Assembly: GCA_965197645.1 (NCBI GenBank)
Contig: OZ240219.1
Location: forward strand, 256,001-320,000
Length of the DNA: 64,000 nucleotides
Direction: 5' to 3'
From: Dehalococcoidia bacterium
Lineage (GTDB): Bacteria; Chloroflexota; Dehalococcoidia; Plut-88900
Positions 37,328-46,500 of this stretch are shown here, piece after piece. Both the position numbers and the translations under genes were made by a program. Position 1 is the stretch's first letter. Each line of letters starts with the position of its first letter. The notes under the pieces are model-generated. The model saw nothing but the letters and a program-made list of their open reading frames with translations, ran no database searches and was not told the DNA's origin.

Positions 37328-37356
37328 AGTGTAGCAACGGGTCTGGGTGTAGTCAA
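37328..37356 (-). promoter_or_regulatory. Sigma70 promoter for the aminotransferase
   Basis: Minus strand TTGACT, 17-nt spacer, TACACT with extended -10 TG. Confidence 0.65.
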
Positions 37357-37369
37357 CGTGGGAGAGGCT

Positions 37370-38032
37370 TTAGCCACCGTCCAGCAGCGAGTAGTCGAAG
37401 GCGAGCAGGGAGTCGATGCGGATATCGGCTTCCGATAGGTCCAGGTCCCTGGTCAGAGGAGTTACAACGGCGACCACCTTCATTCCAGCGCTCTTGCCGG
37501 CGCTGATGCCGTGGGGTGAGTCCTCGATGACCAGGCACCGGGCCGGGTCGACGCCCAATCTTCGCGCCGCGGTGAGGAATATCTCCGGGTCCGGCTTACC
37601 ATTGGTTACCATTTCGCCCGATACGATTGTCTCGAATTTGTCCTGGACGCCCAGGGTGGTCAGCAGCGCCTCCACCCAGTTGCCCTGGGAGGACGAAGCC
37701 AGCCCCAGCTTCAGCCCCCGGGCTTTGACGCCATCCAGAAGCTCGTAGACGCCGGGCGAAGCCTCGACCCGTCGTCGCAGGTTGTCGACTATGATGGAGT
37801 CGTACCTGGCGACCCAGTCCTCGAGGCTGCCCTCCAGCCCAAACCGGTCGATGATCCATCTCCAGGAGTACTCGACGGTGGTGCCGAGGATCTGGGCATT
37901 GTCCTCATCGGTCAGGGCGTAGCCATGCTCACTGAGCACCTGGTTCAGAGAGTCCTGGTAGATAGGCTCACTGTCGGACAATACGCCGTCCATATCGAAG
38001 ATGACGGCCTGTATCGGTTTCGACGTTTCCAT
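37370..38032 (-). CDS. HAD family phosphatase (IA variant 3; CbbY/beta-PGM/phosphoglycolate phosphatase-like)
   Basis: IFDMDGVLSDSE, LASSS, GKPDPEIF, VIEDSPHG. Confidence 0.88.
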   Translation of the reverse strand: METSKPIQAVIFDMDGVLSDSEPIYQDSLNQVLSEHGYALTDEDNAQILGTTVEYSWRWIIDRFGLEGSLEDWVARYDSIIVDNLRRRVEASPGVYELLDGVKARGLKLGLASSSQGNWVEALLTTLGVQDKFETIVSGEMVTNGKPDPEIFLTAARRLGVDPARCLVIEDSPHGISAGKSAGMKVVAVVTPLTRDLDLSEADIRIDSLLAFDYSLLDGG

Positions 38033-38138
38033 TGGTGAATTCCGGCCAAGTCTAGCACCCGATCCCGAATCGACAAAGTTGTGCGAGTTCTTCGAAACGC
38101 GGTCCCACCAGCTCGCCACGAACTAGCGATTGAGTTCG

Positions 38139-38168
38139 TTGACAGGCCTGCGCGGCAGAACGTAAGGT
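38139..38168 (+). promoter_or_regulatory. Candidate promoter for rhomboid-ankyrin genes
   Basis: TTGACA, 18-nt spacer, TAAGGT. Confidence 0.45.
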
Positions 38169-38233
38169 AGAAATCGATTGAATTCTTAGGTCCGCAGGCC
38201 GGATCGCAGCCATCGCCAGATCGAAGCCATTTA

Positions 38234-39094
38234 ATGTTTCCCGTATCAGACCCCGGACTTCCCACCAAGCAGTTCCCGATCGTCAACGTCACCCTGATCG
38301 GCATCTGCATCCTGGTTTTCCTGTACGAGTTTACCCTAGACGATTTCCATCTCACCAGGCTGTTCAACAACTACGGGCTGGTCCCCTACGAAATAAGCGG
38401 GAAGGGCGACCTCTCTGAGCTGATCCAGGTAGGGAAGCGCACCCGAGATTTGACTCCTATCATGGAAATCGAAGGGGTGCCGGGGATGCTGGTCCAACAC
38501 GCCACCGGTTCAGGGTTTACGGACGGGATCCCTTTCCGTGACATTAGGGACGTCTACGAGGGCGGGCCTCCAACGGTTTGGCTGACCCTCTTCACGTCGA
38601 TGTTCCTACACGGCGGTTGGATGCACCTCATAGGGAACATGGTCTTCCTGTGGGTCTTCGGCGACAACATCGAGGATCGGTTGGGCAGGTTCAAGTACCT
38701 GGTCTTCTACGCGATATGCGGGCTGTTCGCGGCCGCCTTCCAGCTTGTATCCAACCTGATCAGGGTGGACCTGGAATCGGGGATTCCGATGGTGGGCGCC
38801 AGCGGGGCTATCGCCGGTGTGCTGGGCGCTTACTTCGTTCTACATCCCAAGTCCCAGATCAGGACCGTCATCTTCTTCTTCTTGATTACCCTGATACATC
38901 TACCCGCCTGGCTGCTGATAGGTATCTGGATACTCATGCAGTTCTTCAATGCCGTCGGGTCCTTGGGCGGCGACTTCGCCGGGGGCGTAGCCTACTGGGC
39001 CCACGTGGGAGGGTTTGTAGCCGGACTGCTGATCCTGTCTGCGTTTCTCGGAGTGTCAGGAGTGAGGCACCGGTTCGCCGGACACATACCGTGA
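38234..39094 (+). CDS. Rhomboid family intramembrane serine protease
   Basis: TSMFLHGGWMHLIGNM, GASGAIAG catalytic Ser, AYWAHVGGF catalytic His. Confidence 0.93.
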   Translation: MFPVSDPGLPTKQFPIVNVTLIGICILVFLYEFTLDDFHLTRLFNNYGLVPYEISGKGDLSELIQVGKRTRDLTPIMEIEGVPGMLVQHATGSGFTDGIPFRDIRDVYEGGPPTVWLTLFTSMFLHGGWMHLIGNMVFLWVFGDNIEDRLGRFKYLVFYAICGLFAAAFQLVSNLIRVDLESGIPMVGASGAIAGVLGAYFVLHPKSQIRTVIFFFLITLIHLPAWLLIGIWILMQFFNAVGSLGGDFAGGVAYWAHVGGFVAGLLILSAFLGVSGVRHRFAGHIP

Positions 39095-39118
39095 CGAGCT
39101 TGGTTAACAGGAGAACCC

Positions 39119-40543
39119 ATGATGCACTTCAATCGTTTGCACAACCGCTTTCTCAGCAGGTTCCCATCGCTTGAAGGCAAGAGAAGGACGGCAGAAGCGT
39201 CCCTGGTCGTTCTGCTGGGCATGCTGGCATCCCTGGGACTAATGGAATGCGGCAGCGGAGAGCCGCCTACCCCAACACCGGATAGCCTCATGAGCTCAGT
39301 CACCGATCTGTGGCCGGAATGCAACGGGGAGTTCTGGAGCCAAGCAGATGAAGATCAAGTTCAAGCCGAGTTGGATGCAGGGTTGGCGATTGATGCCGGG
39401 GTCACAGACAACTCAACACCGCTACATTGCGCGGCTGCGCTCAGTCCCAATCCAGGAGTAGTTGGATTGTTGCTCTACCGAGGGGCAGACATAGAGGCGC
39501 AGTCCGATAGTGGTATGACCCCATTACATAGCGCCGCAAGGTTCAACAGTAACCCCGCCGTGGTCGGACTGTTGCTCCGCAGAGGGGCGAACATCGAGGC
39601 AAGGGCCTTCTCCGATGACAAAACGCCCTTGTCGGTCGTCGCTCATTACACACCCTTGCACTTCGCCGCCCAGTACAACACCAACCCGGAGGTAACTGGA
39701 CTGTTGCTGGACAGAGGCGCAGACATACAAGCGCAGGGCTCTTTTGACAGAACGCCCCTGCATGAGGCCGCACGGTCCAACAGCAACCCTGAAGTTGTCG
39801 AGTTGCTGCTGGATAGAGGCGCAGACATAGCAGAGCGGGGCGCTTATGACCAAACGCCTCTGCACAGCGCCGCACTTAACGGCAACCCTGAGGTTATCGA
39901 GTTGCTACTGGATAGAGGCGCAGACATAGCAGAGCGAGACGCTTACGACCAAACGCCTCTGCACAGCGCCGCTGGATACAACAGCAACCCTGAGGTTATC
40001 GAGTTGCTACTGGAAAGAGGCGCAGACGTAGCGTCGCAAAGCGTTTTTGACCATACGCCTCTGCACTTCGCCGCTGCATCCAACAGTAACCCTGAAGTTA
40101 TTGAGCTATTGCTCGAAGAAGGCGCAGTCATAGCGTCGCGGGACCATATAGGCCAAACGCCTCTGCACTTCGCCGCTGGACACAACGACAACCCTGAAGT
40201 TATTGGTCTATTGCTCGAAGAAGGCGCAGTCATAGCATCGAGGAGCTATGACGGCGAAACGCCACTGCATGAGGCCGCCAAATACAACGACCATCCTGAA
40301 GTTATTGAGCTATTGCTCGAAGAGGGCGCAGACATAGCGTCGCGGGACGATAAAGGTGAAACACCCCTGCATGAGGCCGCCGCACGGTATGACGACAACC
40401 CTGAAGTTGTCGAGTTTCTGCTCAAGCATGGAGCGGACGTCAACGCGCGGGACACCAACGGCGAAACTCCTCTGGACCTTGCCGTAGCGGAGAATAACTC
40501 TGAGGTAATCGAGATGTTGCAGGCCTACGGATCGGGTCAGTAG
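39119..40543 (+). CDS. Exported/membrane-anchored ankyrin repeat protein, about 11 repeats
   Basis: Repeated TPLHxAA...NPEVIELLLxxGAD units; N-terminal hydrophobic segment followed by Cys and PPTPTP. Confidence 0.92.
   Translation: MMHFNRLHNRFLSRFPSLEGKRRTAEASLVVLLGMLASLGLMECGSGEPPTPTPDSLMSSVTDLWPECNGEFWSQADEDQVQAELDAGLAIDAGVTDNSTPLHCAAALSPNPGVVGLLLYRGADIEAQSDSGMTPLHSAARFNSNPAVVGLLLRRGANIEARAFSDDKTPLSVVAHYTPLHFAAQYNTNPEVTGLLLDRGADIQAQGSFDRTPLHEAARSNSNPEVVELLLDRGADIAERGAYDQTPLHSAALNGNPEVIELLLDRGADIAERDAYDQTPLHSAAGYNSNPEVIELLLERGADVASQSVFDHTPLHFAAASNSNPEVIELLLEEGAVIASRDHIGQTPLHFAAGHNDNPEVIGLLLEEGAVIASRSYDGETPLHEAAKYNDHPEVIELLLEEGADIASRDDKGETPLHEAAARYDDNPEVVEFLLKHGADVNARDTNGETPLDLAVAENNSEVIEMLQAYGSGQ
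39650..40480 (+). repeat. Intragenic tandem repeats of about 99-105 bp encoding ankyrin units
   Basis: Near-identical DNA blocks, e.g. CAAACGCCTCTGCACAGCGCCGC at 39851 and 39950, and AACCCTGA(A/G)GTTAT recurring. Confidence 0.85.
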
Positions 40544-40738
40544 TCTTCTTCGATCTACTGGCGCCAGGTAACAACGCGTCATCAGCCACCTCTGGATCAT
40601 GGCGCGCACCTTGGACACCCTGGTGCCGCCCGTACCTTGAAGGAGTCGCGAATGTTGGGCAGAATGAAACATGCCCAACCGCTTCGAGTGTGATAACATT
40701 CTCTCATATCTACCACTAATACCTCCGGAGGTGACGCC

Positions 40739-41899
40739 GTGGCGGGATGCTTGAGCGGTATTCGAGTGTTGGAGCTGGCCCGTTACCAGGCCGGCCCAAG
40801 GGCAGGGATGCTCATGTCCGACATGGGCGCCGAGGTAATAAAGCTGGAGAAGGTGGGAGGAGAGGAGACCCGGGCCCACGCTCCCCTGGTCAACGGCACC
40901 AGTGTCTACTTCACCGTGTACAACCGCGGGAAGAAGAGCATCACGTTGAACATGCGCTCCCAGGAGGGCAAGGATATCTTTACCGACCTGGTCAAGACCG
41001 CCGACGTGGTGCTGGAAAACTTCAGGCCAGGGGTCATAGCCAAGATGGGGTTTGGTTACGACGTGCTGAAGGGCATCAAAGAGGACATCATACTGACCTC
41101 GGTGTCCGGGTTCGGGCAGTACGGACCGTATCGCGACAGGCCCGCCTTCGACCCCATTGGGCAGGCGATGTCGGGATTGATGGAGATCACCGGCCTCCAC
41201 GAAGGCCACCCGATACTCACCGGCTCGCCGATCATCGATAGGATAACGTCGCTGCACGCCTGCATCGGCACCCTGGGAGCGATAATTCATCGAAACGCCA
41301 CCGGAGAGGGGCAGGTAATCGACGTGAGCCTGCTCGATACGGGCGTCACCCTCACGGAGATTCCCATCTCCCATCATATGGGCACCGGCGCCGATGCCGA
41401 GGACTACTACGGGTCCGTTTACAAGGCCAAGGACGGCTACGTGACCATTCCTGCGGCCTCGAGAACCATCTGGACGCGGATATTCATCGCCATGGGTAGG
41501 CACGAGTTGGCAGAAGACCCGGAGATTCTGGGCAACGGGTCCTCCAACGAGGCGAAGGACAGGCGTTTGGACATCCTGCGGGAGTGGGTGGCCGATACCT
41601 CGGTGGCGGAGATTACGGACAAGCTGGTCATCGCGGAGGTGCCGGTGGGACCGGTCCAGACTGTGCCACAGATGGCCCGGGACCCTCACCTCAAAGCGAG
41701 GGAGATGATGGTGGAGGTGCCCACGGAGGACGGCAAGGGCACCATCATGGCGCCCGGCTTGACCATAAAGTTCTCGAAGACGATGGGCACGGTGGAAAAG
41801 GTCCCGGCGGCGGGGGAACATACGAAGGAGATTCTCGGCGGGCTGCTGAACTTCGATGACGAAAAGCTGGAGGAGCTGAGGGCGGAAGGGGTAATATAG
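40739..41899 (+). CDS. CaiB/BaiF family (class III) CoA transferase
   Basis: LSGIRVLEL, MGAEVIKLE, NRGKKSITL, ENFRPG, SGFGQYGPY, GEGQVIDVSL, GEHT. Confidence 0.92.
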   Translation: MAGCLSGIRVLELARYQAGPRAGMLMSDMGAEVIKLEKVGGEETRAHAPLVNGTSVYFTVYNRGKKSITLNMRSQEGKDIFTDLVKTADVVLENFRPGVIAKMGFGYDVLKGIKEDIILTSVSGFGQYGPYRDRPAFDPIGQAMSGLMEITGLHEGHPILTGSPIIDRITSLHACIGTLGAIIHRNATGEGQVIDVSLLDTGVTLTEIPISHHMGTGADAEDYYGSVYKAKDGYVTIPAASRTIWTRIFIAMGRHELAEDPEILGNGSSNEAKDRRLDILREWVADTSVAEITDKLVIAEVPVGPVQTVPQMARDPHLKAREMMVEVPTEDGKGTIMAPGLTIKFSKTMGTVEKVPAAGEHTKEILGGLLNFDDEKLEELRAEGVI

Positions 41900-42108
41900 G
41901 CCCCGTTCGCTGGGCTGTAACTCTTCGTCCTCAACGGAATCGGGGTATACGCGTAACGGCCTACCCAGGCCTGTCGGGAGTTTCGATGAGTGCCCCGATG
42001 CTACAAAGCCCACGAGGGCCACGCCAGCGGACGCCAGGAACAAGTTGCGTTCATGTCGAATAGAGGAAAAAGGACCGTACACGAGTTCGTCTCAGAACTC
42101 TATATTGA

Positions 42109-42195
42109 GGGAGTCCAGAGGGAAGTTTCCCTCTGGCAGGGGGCGTGGGGGATGTTCCCCCAGTTACAAAATCGTCCGAGGGCGGGCGGTTGGGA
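42109..42195. repeat. REP/MITE-like palindromic repeat
   Basis: CCAGAGGGAAGTTTCCCTCTGG hairpin, then GGGGGATGTTCCCCC hairpin; homologous to 22346-22500. Confidence 0.7.
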
Positions 42196-42237
42196 CGATA
42201 ACGTCCGAGCTTTTGCGATGAGTTCATACGACGCATA

Positions 42238-43368
42238 ATGGACAGCATCAAAGACAAGTGCGCCATCATCGGCATCGGCGAAACGGAGTACTCCAGGGAC
42301 TCGGGAAGAAGCGAGTTGGCCCTGGCCGTCGATGCCTCTGCCAAGGCCATTAGTGATGCGGGGCTGAAGCCCCAGGACATAGACGGCATCCTTCGCTTTG
42401 CCGTCGATACCTCCTCCGAAGACGAGGTGATGGCCTGCCTGGGCATCCGGGAGTTGACCTTCTACGGCGAGCTGGGATACGCCGGCAGCGCCGGAGCCGG
42501 GCTGGTGGCCCACGCAGTATCGGCCATAGCTTCGGGGATGGCGACCAACGTGCTCCTCTATCGGGCGATGAACGGTCGGTCGGGTCGGAGGTACGGCGCC
42601 GGTGCGGTGACCGGTAGGGGTGGGGCTGGGGCGACGGCTTTTTCCGAACCCTACGGCCTCTTGGTGCCGGGCCAGCAGGTGGCTATGTACACCCGGAGGC
42701 GTATGCACGACTACGGGACGACCAGCAGGCAGTTCGGCGCGGTGGCAGTGGCATTCCGAAAGCACGCCAATATGAACCCCAGAGCCGTGATGCACGGCCG
42801 GCCCCTGACTATAGAGGACCACCAGACCTCGAGGACCATATACGATCCGCTCAGGCTGTTCGATTGCTGCCTGGAGACCGATGGAGGAGTGGCCCTGGTG
42901 ATAACCTCCGCCGACCGGGCCAAGGATGCTCCCAATCCGCCGGCCTACATCATGGCGGCGGTGCAGAGTCTGGGAGCGGAGGTCGAAGGTCGGGGCTCGA
43001 TGAGGGAATCGGCCAAGGAGCGCTCTGCGAAGCGGGTCTTCGACATGGCGGGGGTCACGCCCAGGGACATCGACGTGCTCGGGCTCTATGATCACTTCTC
43101 TCCCATGGTCGTGTTCACGCTGGAGGACCTGGGTTTCTGCAAGAAAGGCGAGGGCGGCCCCTTCGTCGAGGAGGGGGGGATCGAGCTAGGTGGCGACCTG
43201 CCAACGAATACGGCCGGAGGCCATCTATCGGAAGCCTACCTGCACGCGGTAAACCAGTTCGTAGAGGCGGTTCGCCAGCTCAGAGGCACGTCGACGGCCC
43301 AGGTACAGGACGCCGAGTTGGCCCTCGTGGACAGCGACGGCATGGGTACCGTGATACTCAGGAGATGA
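42238..43368 (+). CDS. Thiolase-like lipid-transfer protein (Ltp2/SCP-x type)
   Basis: AIIGIGET, YRAMNGRS, PLRLFDCCLETDGG, LYDHFS, NTAGGHLSEAY, EAVRQLRG. Confidence 0.88.
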   Translation: MDSIKDKCAIIGIGETEYSRDSGRSELALAVDASAKAISDAGLKPQDIDGILRFAVDTSSEDEVMACLGIRELTFYGELGYAGSAGAGLVAHAVSAIASGMATNVLLYRAMNGRSGRRYGAGAVTGRGGAGATAFSEPYGLLVPGQQVAMYTRRRMHDYGTTSRQFGAVAVAFRKHANMNPRAVMHGRPLTIEDHQTSRTIYDPLRLFDCCLETDGGVALVITSADRAKDAPNPPAYIMAAVQSLGAEVEGRGSMRESAKERSAKRVFDMAGVTPRDIDVLGLYDHFSPMVVFTLEDLGFCKKGEGGPFVEEGGIELGGDLPTNTAGGHLSEAYLHAVNQFVEAVRQLRGTSTAQVQDAELALVDSDGMGTVILRR

Positions 43369-43375
43369 CATTCCA

Positions 43376-43789
43376 GTGGCTTCACCTACCCCTCTCCCTC
43401 TGCCCATCCCCAATCCTGATAATCAGGAGTATTGGGATGCCTGCAAGCGGCACGAGCTTATAGTCCAGCGCTGCTCTAGCTGTCGGGCCTATCGCCATCC
43501 GCCTCTACCGAACTGCTTCGAATGCGGTTCTGGTGAGTGGGAATGGATGAAGTCCAGCGGCCGGGGCACCGTTTACACCTACACCATCACCCACCATCCG
43601 GTCCACCCTGCCCTCCAAGAAAAGGTGCCGTGGACGGTGGTAAGCGTCGAGCTGGAAGAGGGTGTCCAGATCACCAGCAACCTGTTGGACACTCCGCCCG
43701 ACGAGGTGAAGATCGGCATGCCCGTGGAGGTCACCTTCGAGGCGGTAAACGAAGAGATAACGCTGCCCCAGTTTCGTCCTGTATCCTGA
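43376..43789 (+). CDS. DUF35 Zn-ribbon/OB-fold acyl-CoA-binding protein
   Basis: QRCSSC...HPP...CFECGS, SGRGTVYTYT, VELEEG, IGMPVEVTF. Confidence 0.9.
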   Translation: MASPTPLPLPIPNPDNQEYWDACKRHELIVQRCSSCRAYRHPPLPNCFECGSGEWEWMKSSGRGTVYTYTITHHPVHPALQEKVPWTVVSVELEEGVQITSNLLDTPPDEVKIGMPVEVTFEAVNEEITLPQFRPVS

Positions 43790-43808
43790 CAAAAGCAGGC
43801 CCCGAACG

Positions 43809-44879
43809 ATGGCGGAGAAATCCCAGGTAGGGAAGGTGCAGACGGTGCTGGGCCCGGTCTCGCCCGACGAGTTGGGCACCACCCTGACCCATGAGCATCT
43901 GCTGGTGGATGCGTCCCACCTGCTGGACCCACCTGACTACGCTAGTGACCGAGACCGCTTCTATGCTCCACTAACCATCGAGCTGCTGGGCTGGCTGAGG
44001 CAGGGCAACGGTGTGAATCGCGAGGTGGCGAGCCTGGTGGACCTGGATGTGGCTATAGAAGAGGCCCGGTATTATCAACGGGCAGGGGGCCAGTCGGTGG
44101 TTGATGCCACCAGCAAAGGCATCCACCGCGATCCGCAGACCCTTGCCCAGATCTCCAGGGCTACTGGCCTGAACGTAATTATGGGCGGGTCCTACTACGT
44201 AGCTGCCTCCCATCCGGCGGACATGAACGATCGGACTGAGGACTCTATCGTGGAGGAGATCGTCAAGGACGTAACGGAAGGGGTCGGCGATACCGGCATA
44301 AGGCAAGGGATCATCGGAGAGGTGGGCTGCACCTGGCCCCTAGAGCCAAACGAGCGCAAGGTGCTTCGAGCTTCAGGTCGGGCCCAGCGATTGACCGGCG
44401 CCCCTCTTATCATCCATCCCGGGCGCGACGAGATGGCGCCGGCGGAGATAGTAGGGGTCCTGAGGGAAGTGGACACCGATATCTCTCGGACCATCTTCAG
44501 TCACATGGAGCGGACCATCTACAGGCCGGAGAACCTGAAGAGCCTGGCTGAGACGGGCTGCATCATTGAGTACGACCTGTTCGGGCAAGAGCACACCATC
44601 TATCCCGCGGCCCCTAACCTGGACATGCCAAACGATGGCCGGCGGCTCGACTGGATAACCTGGTTGATAGAGCAGGGGCACGGCGACCAGGTGGTTATGT
44701 CCCATGACATCGATTACCGGATCTACCAGAAGCGGGGCGGTGGCCACGGAAGGGGGCACATCCTGGAGAACGTTGTGCCTCTGATGCGCAGGAAGGGGTT
44801 TACCCAGGAGCAGATCGACGCCATTCTAGTGGAGACCCCGAAACGGGTCCTGGCCTTCGCCGAGCCGGTCACGGAGTAG
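43809..44879 (+). CDS. Phosphotriesterase-related protein (PTER/Php type)
   Basis: VQTVLGPV, LGTTLTHEHL, GIIGEVGC, IHPGR, SHMER, MSHD. Confidence 0.9.
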   Translation: MAEKSQVGKVQTVLGPVSPDELGTTLTHEHLLVDASHLLDPPDYASDRDRFYAPLTIELLGWLRQGNGVNREVASLVDLDVAIEEARYYQRAGGQSVVDATSKGIHRDPQTLAQISRATGLNVIMGGSYYVAASHPADMNDRTEDSIVEEIVKDVTEGVGDTGIRQGIIGEVGCTWPLEPNERKVLRASGRAQRLTGAPLIIHPGRDEMAPAEIVGVLREVDTDISRTIFSHMERTIYRPENLKSLAETGCIIEYDLFGQEHTIYPAAPNLDMPNDGRRLDWITWLIEQGHGDQVVMSHDIDYRIYQKRGGGHGRGHILENVVPLMRRKGFTQEQIDAILVETPKRVLAFAEPVTE

Positions 44880-44913
44880 CAGGGGACTCTCAACATCGAC
44901 GCCGCTGTTCTGG

Positions 44914-44943
44914 TTGACGGTGCGGAGACGGCCTTGCTATAGT
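44914..44943 (+). promoter_or_regulatory. Sigma70 promoter of the tRNA
   Basis: TTGACG, 18-nt spacer, TATAGT with extended -10 TG, 11 nt before the tRNA. Confidence 0.65.
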
Positions 44944-44954
44944 CGAAAGCGATC

Positions 44955-45030
44955 GGGGACATAGCTCAGTTGGGAGAGCGCCGCGTTCGCAACGCGGAGG
45001 TCGGGGGTTCGAATCCCCCTGTCTCCACCA
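44955..45030 (+). tRNA. tRNA-Ala, anticodon CGC
   Basis: 76 nt cloverleaf: acceptor GGGGACA/TGTCTCC with G3:U70, anticodon arm CCGCG-TTCGCAA-CGCGG, GGTTCGAATCC T arm, encoded CCA. Confidence 0.97.
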
Positions 45031-45293
45031 ACGCACTCCCTGGATATGGGTGCGGTTTCAGTCCAATTTCACTGTCCTAACCCGGCCGCTGTAAAGAAGA
45101 TCAACTCATTACCGTCTGAAGCGCCGGAAAACCTGACGTTGGCGCAAAAATGGTTGGACCCAAGAGTGTGAGTGTCACGCCCCTCGCTAGCATTGGCCGC
45201 TAGTACCTAACAAGGTCAAGTCGACGGCACCTATTTTCTGGATACTGTGGAGATGAGTGCGTTGGATCCATAGAGCAGGTTCGTTCTTGCCAT

Positions 45294-45989
45294 TCAAGCA
45301 AACACAACGTAGGGAATGTTCCACTGCTTCAGAATGGATGATATGAAATCCATAATCCGGCACATTCGAGAGATTGCCTCTTCGAAACTATCAGCCGATA
45401 AGTTAAACGCCAGCATGGTGCCATCCCCTAGAGGACCTACCGCCCTACTAAACACTTTATTCCGTGACGAAACTGATCGCGGGGTCCAAGTCACCGCCCC
45501 AGGTCCCATTATCTGGCTGAATAAGGACACATACCCATGAGAGAAACCATCACGGTCAAGAAAGACCTTTTCTAGGTCTTCTTGCAACTCTGGCGTCATC
45601 TGAGAACCGAAACAACGCAAAAATTCTTTGCGCAACGGCTCCGAAGATAGAGTTTCAAGCTTCTTAGTCGCGGAAACTCGCAACGCGTTGGGGAAATGGC
45701 TACCGTTCTCTACGGCGTTCAGTTGCCTCAACTTAGCATCCTCATTAATGCAGATTAAAGCGACCATCTGGCTTTGTAGCCAGAGCGTAGCAGTTACGAG
45801 TTTGCCATATCGAGCAAATCCCTCTTTCTCATTAAGCACATACAATAGGAAATGTGGTGGCATGCCATCTACCATAGGTGCCGAGTCGAAGAACATTTTT
45901 TTCCAAGCGCCCTTAGGAGTTAATTGCGGCCCGCGAGTTTTGGGTTCAGTGCTCAACCTCTTGTTTCGTCGTCGTTCCGCCCTGTTCAT
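45294..45989 (-). CDS. Hypothetical protein in AT-richer DNA next to the tRNA
   Basis: About 231-aa ORF starting MNRAERRR with AGGAG RBS; codon usage differs from flanks. Confidence 0.7.
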   Translation of the reverse strand: MNRAERRRNKRLSTEPKTRGPQLTPKGAWKKMFFDSAPMVDGMPPHFLLYVLNEKEGFARYGKLVTATLWLQSQMVALICINEDAKLRQLNAVENGSHFPNALRVSATKKLETLSSEPLRKEFLRCFGSQMTPELQEDLEKVFLDRDGFSHGYVSLFSQIMGPGAVTWTPRSVSSRNKVFSRAVGPLGDGTMLAFNLSADSFEEAISRMCRIMDFISSILKQWNIPYVVFA

Positions 45990-46500
45990 GTATTGCACTC
46001 CTGAATGAGCTAGGGATTAACCGCGGCAGCCGATCCGACGATACTACCGGAACCGGGCCAACAGGGCGGACGCATCAAGGTCTGGAGGATGGCCTCGATC
46101 TTGGGGAGACCACGCGACCATCGCGATTGCCGGCATAAGGAGTAGACCGATAGTAAGCACTGGCCTGCGACTCTGACTTAAGATATTATACTCCAGCCCA
46201 CACATCGTAACGTCCAGTTAAGCATGTTCCGCACTGTCCTTAGTCAAGAAACAGAAGGAGACATGACGGGAGATGACAACTGATGCCGTGCAGAGATGCT
46301 CTGGTGTTTACCCCCCACGTTAGCACTAATAACTTGAGTCGGGGGACTCAGTATGCTAGCGAACGACCCACCCACAATTGGAAGGGCGTTCTGTCTACAA
46401 TCAACTCTAGTCTATCAGGGCCAGGTATTGGTCAGCAGCAGCGACGCGAAATGAAGATATGGCTGGCTTTGGGGTGTGATGCGTCGTATCATGGGGTGCT

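Noticed and set aside
39650-40480. Regular repeats as a CRISPR array
   Set aside because: In-frame coding ankyrin units with no repeat-spacer structure and no cas genes
45031-46490. Intact prophage or integrative element at tRNA-Ala
   Set aside because: No integrase or phage genes and no attR copy of the tRNA 3' end seen
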